In this document: in pieces, positions 18,822 through 28,295 of the stretch
Position numbering within the stretch: position 1 is the first letter of the stretch
Layout of the letters: each line of letters opens with the position of its first letter
NCBI GenBank assembly: GCA_965218425.1
Contig: OZ244621.1
Coordinates: 960,001 to 1,024,000, forward strand
Source: an uncultured Candidatus Binatia bacterium
Lineage (GTDB): Bacteria; Desulfobacterota; Binatia; UBA9968; CAXXLF01
DNA length: 64,000 bases
Direction: 5' to 3'
Made by a program: the position numbers and the translations under genes
Notes under the pieces: generated by a model
Seen by the model: only the letters and a program-made list of their open reading frames with translations
Told to the model about the DNA's origin: nothing
Database searches by the model: none

Positions 18822-20105
18822 ATGCAAAGCGAGGTGCGCTCAGCCTCGGACCAGCCAAAACCGCAATCCCGTTTGGCGATCCTTAAAATCCGCAATTTTC
18901 GTTATTACTGGGGTGCCACGATTACTTCCCTCATCGGGGAACATATTGAGGGAGTCATCCGCAGCTGGGTGGTGTGGGAGATCACCGGATCGGTATTCTG
19001 GCTTTCGGCCCTGGTTTTCGTACACTGGGTCCCCTTCACCCTCTTTAGCCTGCCCGCGGGCATGATCGCTGACCGCGTGAATCGCCAGCGGGTAATGTTC
19101 TGGGCCGAGATCTGCCTTGCCAGCGCCGCTTTTGGCATGTTTCTCACGACATACCTTGGCGTGATCAACGAGTATTGGCTTGCCGGCCTCCTGGTGATCC
19201 ACGCACTGCCGGGGCCATTGGCCAATCCATGCCGGCAGCTCTTTCTCCACGATATGGTAGGTAAAGAGAATCTCATGGCGGGTGTTAGCCTGACCTCATC
19301 CCTGCGGCATGCAACCCAATCCATCGGCAAACCCGTGGGTGGGCTTATCCTGGCCACCACGGGTCCAGCCATTGGCTTCTTGATCGATTCACTTTTGTTC
19401 GTACCCATGATCATTGCCTTGCGCTTTTTCATCAAGGTCAAGCAAGCCGAGGCCCCCGCTGACCGTCGCCGGCCCACCTTCAAGCAGTTTATTGAAGGGC
19501 TAAAATACATCGGTAAGAATCGTTCGATCCTCGCCACCATTTGCTTGGGAGTGGCGCCCAGCACTTTTGTTGGCAACGCCCTAGTGATTTTCTACCTGCT
19601 TTACGCCGAAAAGGTTTTCCAAATGAAGGAGACGGCCTATACCCTTTTTCTCGCCGCCGATGGAATCGGCGCCCTGGTGGGCGTGATACTCCTGGTCTGG
19701 ATAGGCAATATCGCGTGGAAAGGGAAGCTTCTACTGCTAGGCGTCTTTGGCTACAGCGGATTCCTCATTGCATTTGCTGTTTCTAGATCTTTTCCCCTCT
19801 CTTTATTTCTCCTCTTTTGCTTCGGAATCTGCCAGGTGGCAGTCACCGCGGCAGCCACCACGTTGATGCTCACCAACGCCCCGTCCGACAAACGCGGACA
19901 GGTGATGGGGGTCTATAATTTTGGCGGCTTAGGGCTGAGGGTGGTGAATGGACCCTTTTTCTGGGCGGCTCACACCATTGCGCTGGCGCTGGTAGCGAAC
20001 CCAGTGACCGGTATTGCCATTGCCGTGAGCAGCGGCGCGGTCATGATCGGGCTCTTGGGGCTGGGCGTGGTCCGGTTCTTGCCCGGGATGCAGCATCAGG
20101 AGTGA
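18822..20105 (+). CDS. MFS transporter (MFS_3/DHA3-like)
   Basis: About 12 hydrophobic helices, AGMIADRVNRQRV motif A, RNFRYYW start, APSDKRGQVMG. GGAGG RBS before ATG 18822. Confidence 0.9.
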   Translation: MQSEVRSASDQPKPQSRLAILKIRNFRYYWGATITSLIGEHIEGVIRSWVVWEITGSVFWLSALVFVHWVPFTLFSLPAGMIADRVNRQRVMFWAEICLASAAFGMFLTTYLGVINEYWLAGLLVIHALPGPLANPCRQLFLHDMVGKENLMAGVSLTSSLRHATQSIGKPVGGLILATTGPAIGFLIDSLLFVPMIIALRFFIKVKQAEAPADRRRPTFKQFIEGLKYIGKNRSILATICLGVAPSTFVGNALVIFYLLYAEKVFQMKETAYTLFLAADGIGALVGVILLVWIGNIAWKGKLLLLGVFGYSGFLIAFAVSRSFPLSLFLLFCFGICQVAVTAAATTLMLTNAPSDKRGQVMGVYNFGGLGLRVVNGPFFWAAHTIALALVANPVTGIAIAVSSGAVMIGLLGLGVVRFLPGMQHQE

Positions 20106-20114
20106 GCACCATGA

Positions 20115-20369
20115 TTAGTGCCTCCTTACCTCTGCGAGGAACTGCTCCATTGTCATCTTTCCCGTCACCAGCCTCTCCGTATCGGAGGGGCTGGAGGGAT
20201 AGCCCTTCCCCCGAATGAAAAGCTCCCAATAAAAGATTTTTTCCAAGGGAGGGCATGAAGCATGGGATCCTTGCGCATCATGGCTGATCAAATAATCCTT
20301 GCCCCTGAGGATCATCCTGGCATCTACACTATTGTCTTGACACCATTTTTGTACTTCGTCGGTGGTCAT
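20115..20369 (-). CDS. Hypothetical protein, 84 aa
   Basis: ATG with a GGGGAAAG purine run upstream, directly downstream of the cupin gene. No recognised motif. Confidence 0.55.
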   Translation of the reverse strand: MTTDEVQKWCQDNSVDARMILRGKDYLISHDAQGSHASCPPLEKIFYWELFIRGKGYPSSPSDTERLVTGKMTMEQFLAEVRRH

Positions 20370-20386
20370 AATCTTTCCCCTGAAAT

Positions 20387-20802
20387 CTATGTCGTCTGAT
20401 CCAGAAGGTGCTCCTTTAAACTCGTGTCGATGCCATAGAGGACCTTTGTTATCTTCGGTCGTGGACTAGGCTCCGTGCTCACCTGATAGAGGACCAGACG
20501 CCCCTCACCGGTGTTGTTGAGTTGGTAAAAATATCCGGCCGGCACATGAACCCCCTGGTGCCGGGTGAGACGGGCCTCGCCCCCCTTGAGGAATTTCATG
20601 GTGCACTCCCCTTCCACAACAAAGAAGGTGTGGTCTGATCCAGGGTGGCAGTGCATCTCATCATTGACCCAGGCTCGTAACAGTTCAGCGCGATGTGACA
20701 GCGGTCTGTCTGTGACGCGCGAACATAGTTACGCCCGGTGGGTTGACCCCAACGGGTCTCTTTATCCGCATCGACGACCTTAGGATCGGTGAGTTTGTCC
20801 AT
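20387..20802 (-). pseudogene. Cupin-domain gene split by a one-base frameshift (pseudogene or assembly error)
   Basis: ORF 20596-20802 (...LNCYEPG) joins ORF 20387-20656 (NDEMHCHPGSDHTFFVVEG...HVPAG) if one base is added near 20667. This gives cupin motifs 1 and 2. Confidence 0.75.
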
Positions 20803-20942
20803 GGAGACGCCTCCGTTCCATTTAGAAATTCTTGCTTAAGAGCCTTTATGGGCAACTTCGCGCAAACAGCCCATCATATACGGCAATAGGTTCTAAAGAT
20901 CAAGGGGGTTAGCTTAGCTTTGAGGACCTCGGTAAAACCGAG

Positions 20943-21737
20943 TCACGGCTGAGCCGCCAGAGCAATACGCAATCCGACGAGACCGAGGAGAGCTAATATA
21001 GGCAACGAGAGAATCAGCACCTGACGCCAGTCCATAAGAGAAACCACGGCATAGGCTAAAGGCTCACGGACATTTTGGGGTAATCCCGAGTACTTCTTCC
21101 AAATCCGACCCAAGAAAAAGACATTGTATACGAACCCGAGGGATGCCGCCATTCCCACCGCCCAAATGAAGGGTTCGGCGGCTTCCAACCCGCCAGAATC
21201 AAGGATCACAAGACGCGTAATGTAATAGATGAGCCCCACCGCTGCCGCAGTGGTCGAACCCCATAGACAGACGGCAAACTGAGCCACCCCCCTTCGGGCC
21301 CAGGCCTCTTTGGCCTCTGACAGGGTGTGGTCCACCACCCGTTGGGCCGCTTGTTCTGCCTCCTGAATAACACCTTTTGCATCGTCCCGAACCGTTTGAA
21401 TGATCCTGTGAATTGAGGCCACGATGGCGGATAGAACGACCAAATCATCCACGAAACCCATTCCAGGAATTACATCGGGTATCGCATCAATGGGGGCTAT
21501 AAAATAAAGCAAGCCCGCAATCACGATTACTTTGTGTTTCGTGGGGAGCCTCGGGTCGGTCATGTAGCGGTAGGCCTCGCGTGCAAGGTCCACCACTGGA
21601 TTGTCAGTGGCAATACGGCGGAGTTTTCGCGCAAAGCTCTCGTGGACCTTTTCCTCGCTTGCGGGTCGAGCCGCTTCCTCAAGAAATCGCCGAGGAAGAG
21701 GATAGGGTTCCTTCTCTGTTTTGTCCTTAATAGACAC
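20943..21737 (-). CDS. DUF1232 (YkvA) domain membrane protein
   Basis: LLYFIAPIDAIPDVIPGMGFVDD motif plus three C-terminal TMs. Confidence 0.85.
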   Translation of the reverse strand: MSIKDKTEKEPYPLPRRFLEEAARPASEEKVHESFARKLRRIATDNPVVDLAREAYRYMTDPRLPTKHKVIVIAGLLYFIAPIDAIPDVIPGMGFVDDLVVLSAIVASIHRIIQTVRDDAKGVIQEAEQAAQRVVDHTLSEAKEAWARRGVAQFAVCLWGSTTAAAVGLIYYITRLVILDSGGLEAAEPFIWAVGMAASLGFVYNVFFLGRIWKKYSGLPQNVREPLAYAVVSLMDWRQVLILSLPILALLGLVGLRIALAAQP

Positions 21738-21740
21738 GGA

Positions 21741-23336
21741 TCAATCGAAAACGGTATCTGAGTAAGAAGCTACATCGATGAAGGCCTCGATGACGCTGGG
21801 ACCGTCAAGATTTAGACCCCAGTCAACAGCCTCACCGAACTCCTCCTCATTCCTTACCGCTCTACAAGGGACTCCAAAATAGTGGGGGGGTGAGTCAGGA
21901 GGGTCCCCTAGAAAGACTCCTGATAGAGGATAACGTTTACGCTCTTGCTTCACCTTCATCAATCCCAACCAACCGTCGTTCAAGACAACAAGGGGAACCG
22001 CCAACCCCCGGCGCCTGGCCAGGGCTAATTCTCCCACGGTCATTTGAAAGCCCCCATCTCCCACGACGCCAACAACCACCCGGTCGGGATGAACCAGTTT
22101 CGCCGCGTATGCAGCAGGCATACCGTAGCCCATGGACGACCACCCGTTTGTCGCAAGGCAGGTCCCGGGAAGATCCGTCCGCCATTGCGTGGCAATTTGA
22201 TGCGTGTGGGCGCCCACATCGTATGCGAGGATCCCGTCTGCTGGGAGTTTTTTCCTGAGCACGTCCAGCACATGGTGTGCCCCTAATCCTCCAATAGCGG
22301 GACGAAGAGCCCTCTCCAGCGTGTGGCGATGAGTCTCCCGTTCCATATCAGACCATTCGTTCACCGCCGTTGGGATTTCATTCAACCGGCCAATGGCGAG
22401 ATCAAGATCCCCCGCCTCATTGAGTAACATCTTGACCTCGCGACCCACTTCCGCATGCTCGGTGCTGAGGTGGATCACTGGTGTTGAGCCAATCCACTCT
22501 TCATAGTTGATCTCGATGGGGTCGTACCCCACGGCAATGACCAAGTCGGCCTTCTGGACGAAGGTCTGCACATCCGTCCTTCTGGCGCGACCCAGCACTC
22601 CCGCCCAGTTCGGATGGCTTTCGGGAAGTAATCCCTTGCCCTGTAGGGTCGAAACAAACGGGATATTATGTTTTTCAATAAATCGCAGAAGGGCCTCCCT
22701 CTCACCACACCGTGAAAAGGTGAGTCCTGTGACAACAAGGGGCTTTTTGCTCTTACCAAGCGCATCTGAAATCTGTCTAAATACTCTATCGGGTAATTCC
22801 GGAAGAGAATGGCGTAATTTTTTTTCCTTTGGGGCCTCAGAAGTCGCGTCCATAGCAACGTCTTCTGGTAAATCGAGGTGCACCGGACCTGGAGGCTCGG
22901 TCTTCGCCACCATTAGCGCCTCTGCAAGGACATCGGCCAGAGCGCCGGACCTTAACGCGTAGGTGCCCTTTGTGATGGGTCTAAATAGGGCATGGTGGTC
23001 GATTCGCATTTGCACGCGCCGATCAATCCACGAGGTTTCCACGTTGCAGGTAATGGCAATTAGGGGAGATCGATCCAACCAGGCGCAGCCCACCCCCGTG
23101 GCCATGTTTGTTGCCCCCGGACCCAGTGTAGATACACAGGCACCGGGGATACCGATCAGCGCACCCACCGTTGTAGCCATAAATCCGGCCGAGGTTTCAC
23201 TGGCCGTCAATATAAATTCCATTGAACTTTCGCGCAGGGCTTCGATCAAAGGCAGCACCGGTCCACTGGGGACCCCAAATACCCACCTCACACCGGCCTT
23301 TTCCAATGTTCTGACAAGGAGTTCAACGTTGTTCAT
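21741..23336 (-). CDS. Thiamine-diphosphate-dependent enzyme (acetolactate synthase/decarboxylase superfamily)
   Basis: VFGVP, ETSAGFMA, TLGPGATN, GPVHLDLPED, GDGGFQM...LNDG TPP-binding motif. Confidence 0.92.
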   Translation of the reverse strand: MNNVELLVRTLEKAGVRWVFGVPSGPVLPLIEALRESSMEFILTASETSAGFMATTVGALIGIPGACVSTLGPGATNMATGVGCAWLDRSPLIAITCNVETSWIDRRVQMRIDHHALFRPITKGTYALRSGALADVLAEALMVAKTEPPGPVHLDLPEDVAMDATSEAPKEKKLRHSLPELPDRVFRQISDALGKSKKPLVVTGLTFSRCGEREALLRFIEKHNIPFVSTLQGKGLLPESHPNWAGVLGRARRTDVQTFVQKADLVIAVGYDPIEINYEEWIGSTPVIHLSTEHAEVGREVKMLLNEAGDLDLAIGRLNEIPTAVNEWSDMERETHRHTLERALRPAIGGLGAHHVLDVLRKKLPADGILAYDVGAHTHQIATQWRTDLPGTCLATNGWSSMGYGMPAAYAAKLVHPDRVVVGVVGDGGFQMTVGELALARRRGLAVPLVVLNDGWLGLMKVKQERKRYPLSGVFLGDPPDSPPHYFGVPCRAVRNEEEFGEAVDWGLNLDGPSVIEAFIDVASYSDTVFD

Positions 23337-23341
23337 TGATC

Positions 23342-24142
23342 CTAGGTTCCAATACGAACAGGATCTGCAATGTCGTGAAGTGTCCGAATAATTGAAAGGG
23401 TGGTGAGACGGCCGGTGCGAGGGTTTTCACTCGGAATATTCTCAATATAAATATGAAGGCGGCCGAACTCCCCCTCCACTTCCACTTCATGGCAGTTTCG
23501 CTCCAGACCGGGAACAGCCACGATACGAATCATTGTCCGATCAGAACCCAGACCGGCCAAGCTCACAGCGGCTGACACGTTAACATTGGCCGGGAAACCG
23601 CGACACGCCTCACGGGCAGACCCTGAGAAGACTTCTCGTTCCTGCGTTAAGCCGACCAATTGAACTCCACGTTCAACTAAATAGGGGGAGCCATCAAGGG
23701 TCTCGGGGGGTTTGCGCGTTGTCATCCTGACCTGTGAAACCTGACCGCTACAGGCGGATTTAATGCCATCAAGACCTGCGATGGCCCCCGAGGGCAAATA
23801 GAGCCCGCACCCCTTCTCCCTAGCCAGCCTAGTAATTTCAGGATGGTCGAGGAGAGCCCCTATGCTGATCACCATGAGGTCCTTTCCCGCCTCGAAGGTT
23901 TCTCGGGCTAGCCCGGGCACCACGTCACTTCCAGCCGCTTCGACTATCAGATCAGAGCGTTCAATCAGCTTGCTGCGGTCAAGATAGGGGGGGGGGTTAC
24001 GTAGGGCGGACAGGAACTTACGAGCCTTTATCTCGCTACGGCTGGTTATACCGACGATCTTCAGCGATAGTTTTCCTTCGTCTGCCGCTTCGAGCAACGC
24101 GATTCCGATGGCCCCGCACCCTACAATACCAATGGATTTCAC
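23342..24142 (-). CDS. nadX: L-aspartate dehydrogenase-like protein
   Basis: GIVGCGAIG Rossmann motif, PSGAIAGLDG, TTRKPP, AREACRGFPANVNV, NPRTG. Probable GTG start at 24142. Confidence 0.88.
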   Translation of the reverse strand: MKSIGIVGCGAIGIALLEAADEGKLSLKIVGITSRSEIKARKFLSALRNPPPYLDRSKLIERSDLIVEAAGSDVVPGLARETFEAGKDLMVISIGALLDHPEITRLAREKGCGLYLPSGAIAGLDGIKSACSGQVSQVRMTTRKPPETLDGSPYLVERGVQLVGLTQEREVFSGSAREACRGFPANVNVSAAVSLAGLGSDRTMIRIVAVPGLERNCHEVEVEGEFGRLHIYIENIPSENPRTGRLTTLSIIRTLHDIADPVRIGT

Positions 24143-24444
24143 TGAGGATTTCCTTCCAGGTTTGTACCCCCTACCACCCTTTGTGTCAACAAAATTGGGG
24201 TCAGGTGTCGTCACTGCCACTTGACCATCGAAGAGACCGAACTAGACAACGGCTATTGTCCTGAGTGCTTTGAAGCTCGAGGTGAGAAGCGTTACGAGTT
24301 TGAACAGGTCCCGGCACCAGAGACGGAAGGGGCTAACTACAGATGCAAGGAGTGCGGTGTCATTATTCATTGTGATTAGACACTTCACCTCGCCTTCAAA
24401 AGGGTCGCTAAGACCTCTCAATGATTCGCTTTTTTCCACCGCCC

Positions 24445-24830
24445 TCATTTAGCAATGGTGATGGCAGGGCCGGTGTACGAGAGATGTCCGTTGCCGTCAT
24501 CTGGTACAGTTCGCTCAAGGTGCGAAAAGCCTCTTGATTCCACGGCAAAACCTTGCCAGGTTCCTGCTCAGGCGTCTCGACCCAATACCATGATCCCCTG
24601 TGTTTAACCCTAAAAGCTGCACCCTTGGGCTCACTCGGGGTCACTTTGACGGCTAGGGTCTGCGCCGGGTTGGCTAGAACCTGGGCTGTTCCTTTGTCCT
24701 GTTCAACGTTGAATTCCGCAACCGCAGAAATTCCGTTGGCAACAAATCTCAAGACGTCTGAAAAACTCCTGAACGGAAAGCAGCCATGCATTGGATAGTC
24801 TCCTCTAGGACCTCCCTCGCGGATGTCCAC
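24445..24830 (-). pseudogene. C-terminal remnant of a hypothetical (lipo)protein gene
   Basis: Protein-like segment RSFSDVLRFVANGI...VKHRGSWYWV...NQEAFRTLSELYQMT. A frameshift restores the end PAITIAK* at 24445. No convincing 5' part. Confidence 0.45.
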
Positions 24831-24920
24831 CAGAAGAGAGTTTTCAGGAAAAGCCTCGGCAAGTTCATTGTGTCGTCAGATATCGTTGGCGGACAACTCG
24901 CTGCACACTAGTTGACCCCT

Positions 24921-24936
24921 CGAATTTCGAAATTCG
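24921..24936. repeat. Perfect 16-bp palindrome CGAATTTCGAAATTCG, same heptamer family as 56972-57197
   Basis: Read directly; lies just downstream of the oxidase operon. Confidence 0.55.
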
Positions 24937-24957
24937 GATTAGAACTACCAAGCACCT

Positions 24958-25374
24958 CTACATCCGGTACAACATCCAGTAAACAATCACACCCGTTACT
25001 GACACGTAAAGCCAGATGGGCAACGTCCATCGGGCAATACGTTTATGATGCTGGAAGTTTCCTTTGAGTGCCCTCACAAGCGTAACCAGTGCCAGCGGAA
25101 CGATGGCAGCGGCAAGAAAAGCATGGGAAATCAGAACCGAGAAGTAAACAGGACGGGTCCACCCCTTCCCTGTAAAGGGAACTGAACCCACGTAATAATG
25201 ATAGATGAGATAAGAAACGAGAAAGAGGGCTGAGGCCATGCAAGCGGACAGCATACATATTCTGTGAGCCACCACCCGATGACGCCGAATAAGAAAATAG
25301 CCACAGATCAACAATAGAATACTAAAGGAATTGAAGCCCGCGTTAAGACTGGGCAAATAGGCGAGCGGTATCAA
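24958..25374 (-). CDS. DUF420 membrane protein (oxidase-associated)
   Basis: LPSLNAGFN, HRICM, FLVSYLIYH, YFSVLISH, HKRIARWTLPIWLYVSVTGVIVY. Confidence 0.92.
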   Translation of the reverse strand: MIPLAYLPSLNAGFNSFSILLLICGYFLIRRHRVVAHRICMLSACMASALFLVSYLIYHYYVGSVPFTGKGWTRPVYFSVLISHAFLAAAIVPLALVTLVRALKGNFQHHKRIARWTLPIWLYVSVTGVIVYWMLYRM

Positions 25375-25382
25375 GTGAGTGT

Positions 25383-25652
25383 TCAGGACATGTCAGGCAG
25401 AAGCATCAAGATCAAGAAAACGCAGATAATCAACGGGGTTAGAGCAATCATGGTCAATGACATGCTCTCAAACTTTAGATGCATAAAGTACATTGCCACC
25501 AGCGCTGCCTTGGCCAGAGCGAACCCCACCAGAGAAATAATAATAAATAGCTTCGCTATTGGTAAGTAAATAACTCCGATCTCAAGGATCGTCAGCGCCA
25601 GGAGCCACCAGAATATGGTCATATAGTTGGTTTCTGCGTGAGAATCGGCCAT
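25383..25652 (-). CDS. ctaF: Cytochrome c oxidase subunit IV (prokaryotic)
   Basis: LALTILEI, AKAALVAMYFMHLKFE, three TMs. Confidence 0.88.
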   Translation of the reverse strand: MADSHAETNYMTIFWWLLALTILEIGVIYLPIAKLFIIISLVGFALAKAALVAMYFMHLKFESMSLTMIALTPLIICVFLILMLLPDMS

Positions 25653-25663
25653 GGTTCATCACC

Positions 25664-26269
25664 TCATACCAAATAGACAAAGGTAAAAATCAGTATCCAA
25701 ACCAGATCAACGAAGTGCCAATAGAGACCCGCGATCTCCACTTCTCGAGCACCGTAACGCCCCCGTAGGCATGCAATCAGCACACAAAAGTTATAGATCA
25801 CTCCTCCGGTCACATGCATTCCATGAAAACCGGTGAGCACGAAAAACGTCGTCGCGAAGAGATGGTTCGTAAAAGCAAGACCATGCTGAGGTAAAGTGTG
25901 GGTTATCAGATGGGTCCACTCGTAGGCCTGGAGGCCCAGGAAGACCAGCCCTCCCAGCACCGTTAGCCCGAGGAATTTCTTGAGCCCACGCATATCCCCT
26001 GCTTTGATTGCTGACAATCCCTGAACCATCGTAACACTGCTACAGATGAGCAAGAAAGTCATCAATGCTGTGAGGTTAATGCCGAGCACGTTAGCGGGAA
26101 CCGGCCAATTGGGACTCATGATTCGGAATATCCCATACCCCACGATGAGGGTCCCAAAACTCATGGCATCTCCCACCAGGAACAACCACATTCCCAGCTT
26201 ACCCCAGCTTTCTGGCGTAAGGGGAGTTTCAGCCGGTTCGGTCGCAGCATCAATCACTGCTTCACTCAT
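25664..26269 (-). CDS. ctaE: Cytochrome c oxidase subunit III family protein
   Basis: KLGMWLFLVGD, TFLLICSSVTM, QAYEW, FFVLTGFHGMHV, GLYWHFVDLVW. Confidence 0.92.
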   Translation of the reverse strand: MSEAVIDAATEPAETPLTPESWGKLGMWLFLVGDAMSFGTLIVGYGIFRIMSPNWPVPANVLGINLTALMTFLLICSSVTMVQGLSAIKAGDMRGLKKFLGLTVLGGLVFLGLQAYEWTHLITHTLPQHGLAFTNHLFATTFFVLTGFHGMHVTGGVIYNFCVLIACLRGRYGAREVEIAGLYWHFVDLVWILIFTFVYLV

Positions 26270-26547
26270 CTTCCACCCTCCTTTGGTTTCTCTATCAAGC
26301 GTAAAAAGGAACCCTGTTTACGAAGTTGATCCCGCCTCTTGTTCCCGCGCCAGCAGGAATAGGCGATCCCGGCAACGATGGACCCGGCAATGGTGTATGG
26401 CATAGCCATCAAAAACAAAACAGCCCAGTGAAGGGAATGGGTTATTGGATCTTCAGCGGCCGCGGCGACCCTGGGAAGCAAGAGAAACGACATGATCAAT
26501 CCATGACCTGCCTTCATAGAATCCTCAAGTAAAAAACCGTTAATCAT
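26266..26547 (-). CDS. Small membrane protein in the oxidase operon
   Basis: Signal-like N-terminus and TM WAVLFLMAMPYTIAGSIVAGIAY; stop overlaps the ctaE start (ATGA). Start may be 26517. Confidence 0.65.
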   Translation of the reverse strand: MINGFLLEDSMKAGHGLIMSFLLLPRVAAAAEDPITHSLHWAVLFLMAMPYTIAGSIVAGIAYSCWRGNKRRDQLRKQGSFLRLIEKPKEGGR

Positions 26548-26590
26548 CTGTGGAGCTGCTCCACGGTGAAAAACCTGTCAAGCACCTCAT

Positions 26591-27256
26591 CTAATAGAGA
26601 TAAACCAGTCCGTAAAGAACCGGCCATAGTCCAACTACGAACATCCAATACATTGAACAGACCTCCACACCCGTATGGTTCCGGGACGTAAACCGATCAC
26701 GCCTCGCCTGTGAGAGAACAATCATCAACCAGATCACTGCTGCAAACACGTGGAGCCCATGAAATCCGACCAACGTGTAAAAGGTCGCACCGTAAGTCCC
26801 ACTTGAGACCCTGAGGCCAAAGTCGATTAACCGGACCCATTCGTAACCCTGGATCGTCAGGAAGAGCGTTCCCAGAACGACCGTAGTCAAGATCCATCGT
26901 ATCAGGCCCTTTGAATCATCCCCCCTGACGGCCCTCAATGCCAAATAACAGGTAAATCCGCTGGAAAGAAGTATCGCCGTGTTGATGCCCGTCACGCCCA
27001 CGGGTAGGCGCGGCTGAGTGGTTGGCGGCCACACGTCGCTTCCCAGACGGAAGACCAAAAACGCACCAACCAGCCCAGCGAAAAACATGGCCTCAGCTCC
27101 CAGGAAAACCAACAGTCCGAGACGCGCGTTGCTTATCGCCGGTGTGGTTGGCGTCGAGGGCGGCGGTCCCCCACGAAAACCAGGGAGCCACAAATTGTCC
27201 TCTGTGGGTACCTCAACGATGCGATGAGCTGTTGCTCCTTTGGCCACGGAAACCAA
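26591..27256 (-). CDS. ctaE: Cytochrome c oxidase subunit III family protein (second copy)
   Basis: FLGAEAMFFAGL, NTAILLSS, QGYEW, FYTLVGFHGLHV, YWMFV. Confidence 0.9.
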   Translation of the reverse strand: MVSVAKGATAHRIVEVPTEDNLWLPGFRGGPPPSTPTTPAISNARLGLLVFLGAEAMFFAGLVGAFLVFRLGSDVWPPTTQPRLPVGVTGINTAILLSSGFTCYLALRAVRGDDSKGLIRWILTTVVLGTLFLTIQGYEWVRLIDFGLRVSSGTYGATFYTLVGFHGLHVFAAVIWLMIVLSQARRDRFTSRNHTGVEVCSMYWMFVVGLWPVLYGLVYLY

Positions 27257-27266
27257 CCTCGTAGCC

Positions 27267-27374
27267 CTAATAGGCTACAATAAATACGACCACAGCAGCG
27301 ATGTAGACCAACATGAGGACGGCTAGTGTCATGCCAAATCGCCGATTTTGTTGCTTTTGATCCGCTCTCACCAT
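27267..27374 (-). CDS. 35-aa single-TM microprotein in the oxidase operon
   Basis: Manual translation MVRADQKQQNRRFGMTLAVLMLVYIAAVVVFIVAY*. Fills the gap between ctaB and ctaE on the operon strand; below the ORF-track cutoff. Confidence 0.7.
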   Translation of the reverse strand: MVRADQKQQNRRFGMTLAVLMLVYIAAVVVFIVAY

Positions 27375-27389
27375 CGTTGCAACTACAAC

Positions 27390-28295
27390 CTATGCCATGA
27401 CCCGGTCTATTGCCATGACAAGTAGAATCACCGGTAGATAGATTAAAGATGCAAACAAAAGTCGCCGAGCGTGCACAAGGGTTTGGCCACTGGCGAGACC
27501 GATTCCACAGGCAAGAAAGGCCACTCCAAACAAAATTGCCGTTGAGCCATACCACCAACCGGCAAGACCAAAAAAAGTTGGCAATAGGCTAACCGCCAAT
27601 AGAGCCGATGTGTAGCCCACCACCTGGCGTCCTGTCCTGCTACCCTCCAGGTCCACAACGGGAAGGAACTTTATCTTAGCCCGGGCAAAGTCGTCACGGT
27701 AAAGGCGTCCGATGGCCAGGGTGTGTGGGATTTGCCACAAGAAAAGAATCCCAAAGAGGAGCCAGGCTTCCAGGCCCAAGCTACCGTGGGCCGCGGCCCA
27801 TCCGATCAGCGGGGGTAACGCGCCGGGGATGGCTCCTACCAAACCGCAAAGAGGCGTCTTCTGTTTTAGGGGAGTGTAGAGATACAAGTAGGAAAACACA
27901 ATTAGAGCCGCAATGAACGCGCTCAATAGATTCAATGTCACCGCAAGGAGCATGAGCCCCGCGACGGTACAAATAATACCAAAGGTGAGGGCCTCTACGG
28001 GTTGAACCCTGCCTTCGGGAAGCGGGCGGTGGCGTGTCCGTTCCATAGCGGCGTCTGTTTCTCGTTCGATGAGTTCATTGAGGGCGAGGGTTCCCCCCGC
28101 AGCAAGTGCCGTCCCAATGAGCGCATGGATCAAGGGGAAATAGGCCAAGACTTCACCAGACCCCAGGTAGTACCCTACACAGGTGGTGATGAGAACCATG
28201 AGAACCAGGCGAGGTTTCGTAAGCTCGAACAGGTCCGACGCCAATCTGAGACTGCCGCTCAATGTCATTTCTAATGTATCGGTCCTGAAACTCAT
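27390..28295 (-). CDS. ctaB: Protoheme IX farnesyltransferase (heme O synthase)
   Basis: ELTKPR, ERETDAAMERTRHRPLPEG, YTPLK, GAIPGALPPLIGW, WQIPH. Confidence 0.95.
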   Translation of the reverse strand: MSFRTDTLEMTLSGSLRLASDLFELTKPRLVLMVLITTCVGYYLGSGEVLAYFPLIHALIGTALAAGGTLALNELIERETDAAMERTRHRPLPEGRVQPVEALTFGIICTVAGLMLLAVTLNLLSAFIAALIVFSYLYLYTPLKQKTPLCGLVGAIPGALPPLIGWAAAHGSLGLEAWLLFGILFLWQIPHTLAIGRLYRDDFARAKIKFLPVVDLEGSRTGRQVVGYTSALLAVSLLPTFFGLAGWWYGSTAILFGVAFLACGIGLASGQTLVHARRLLFASLIYLPVILLVMAIDRVMA

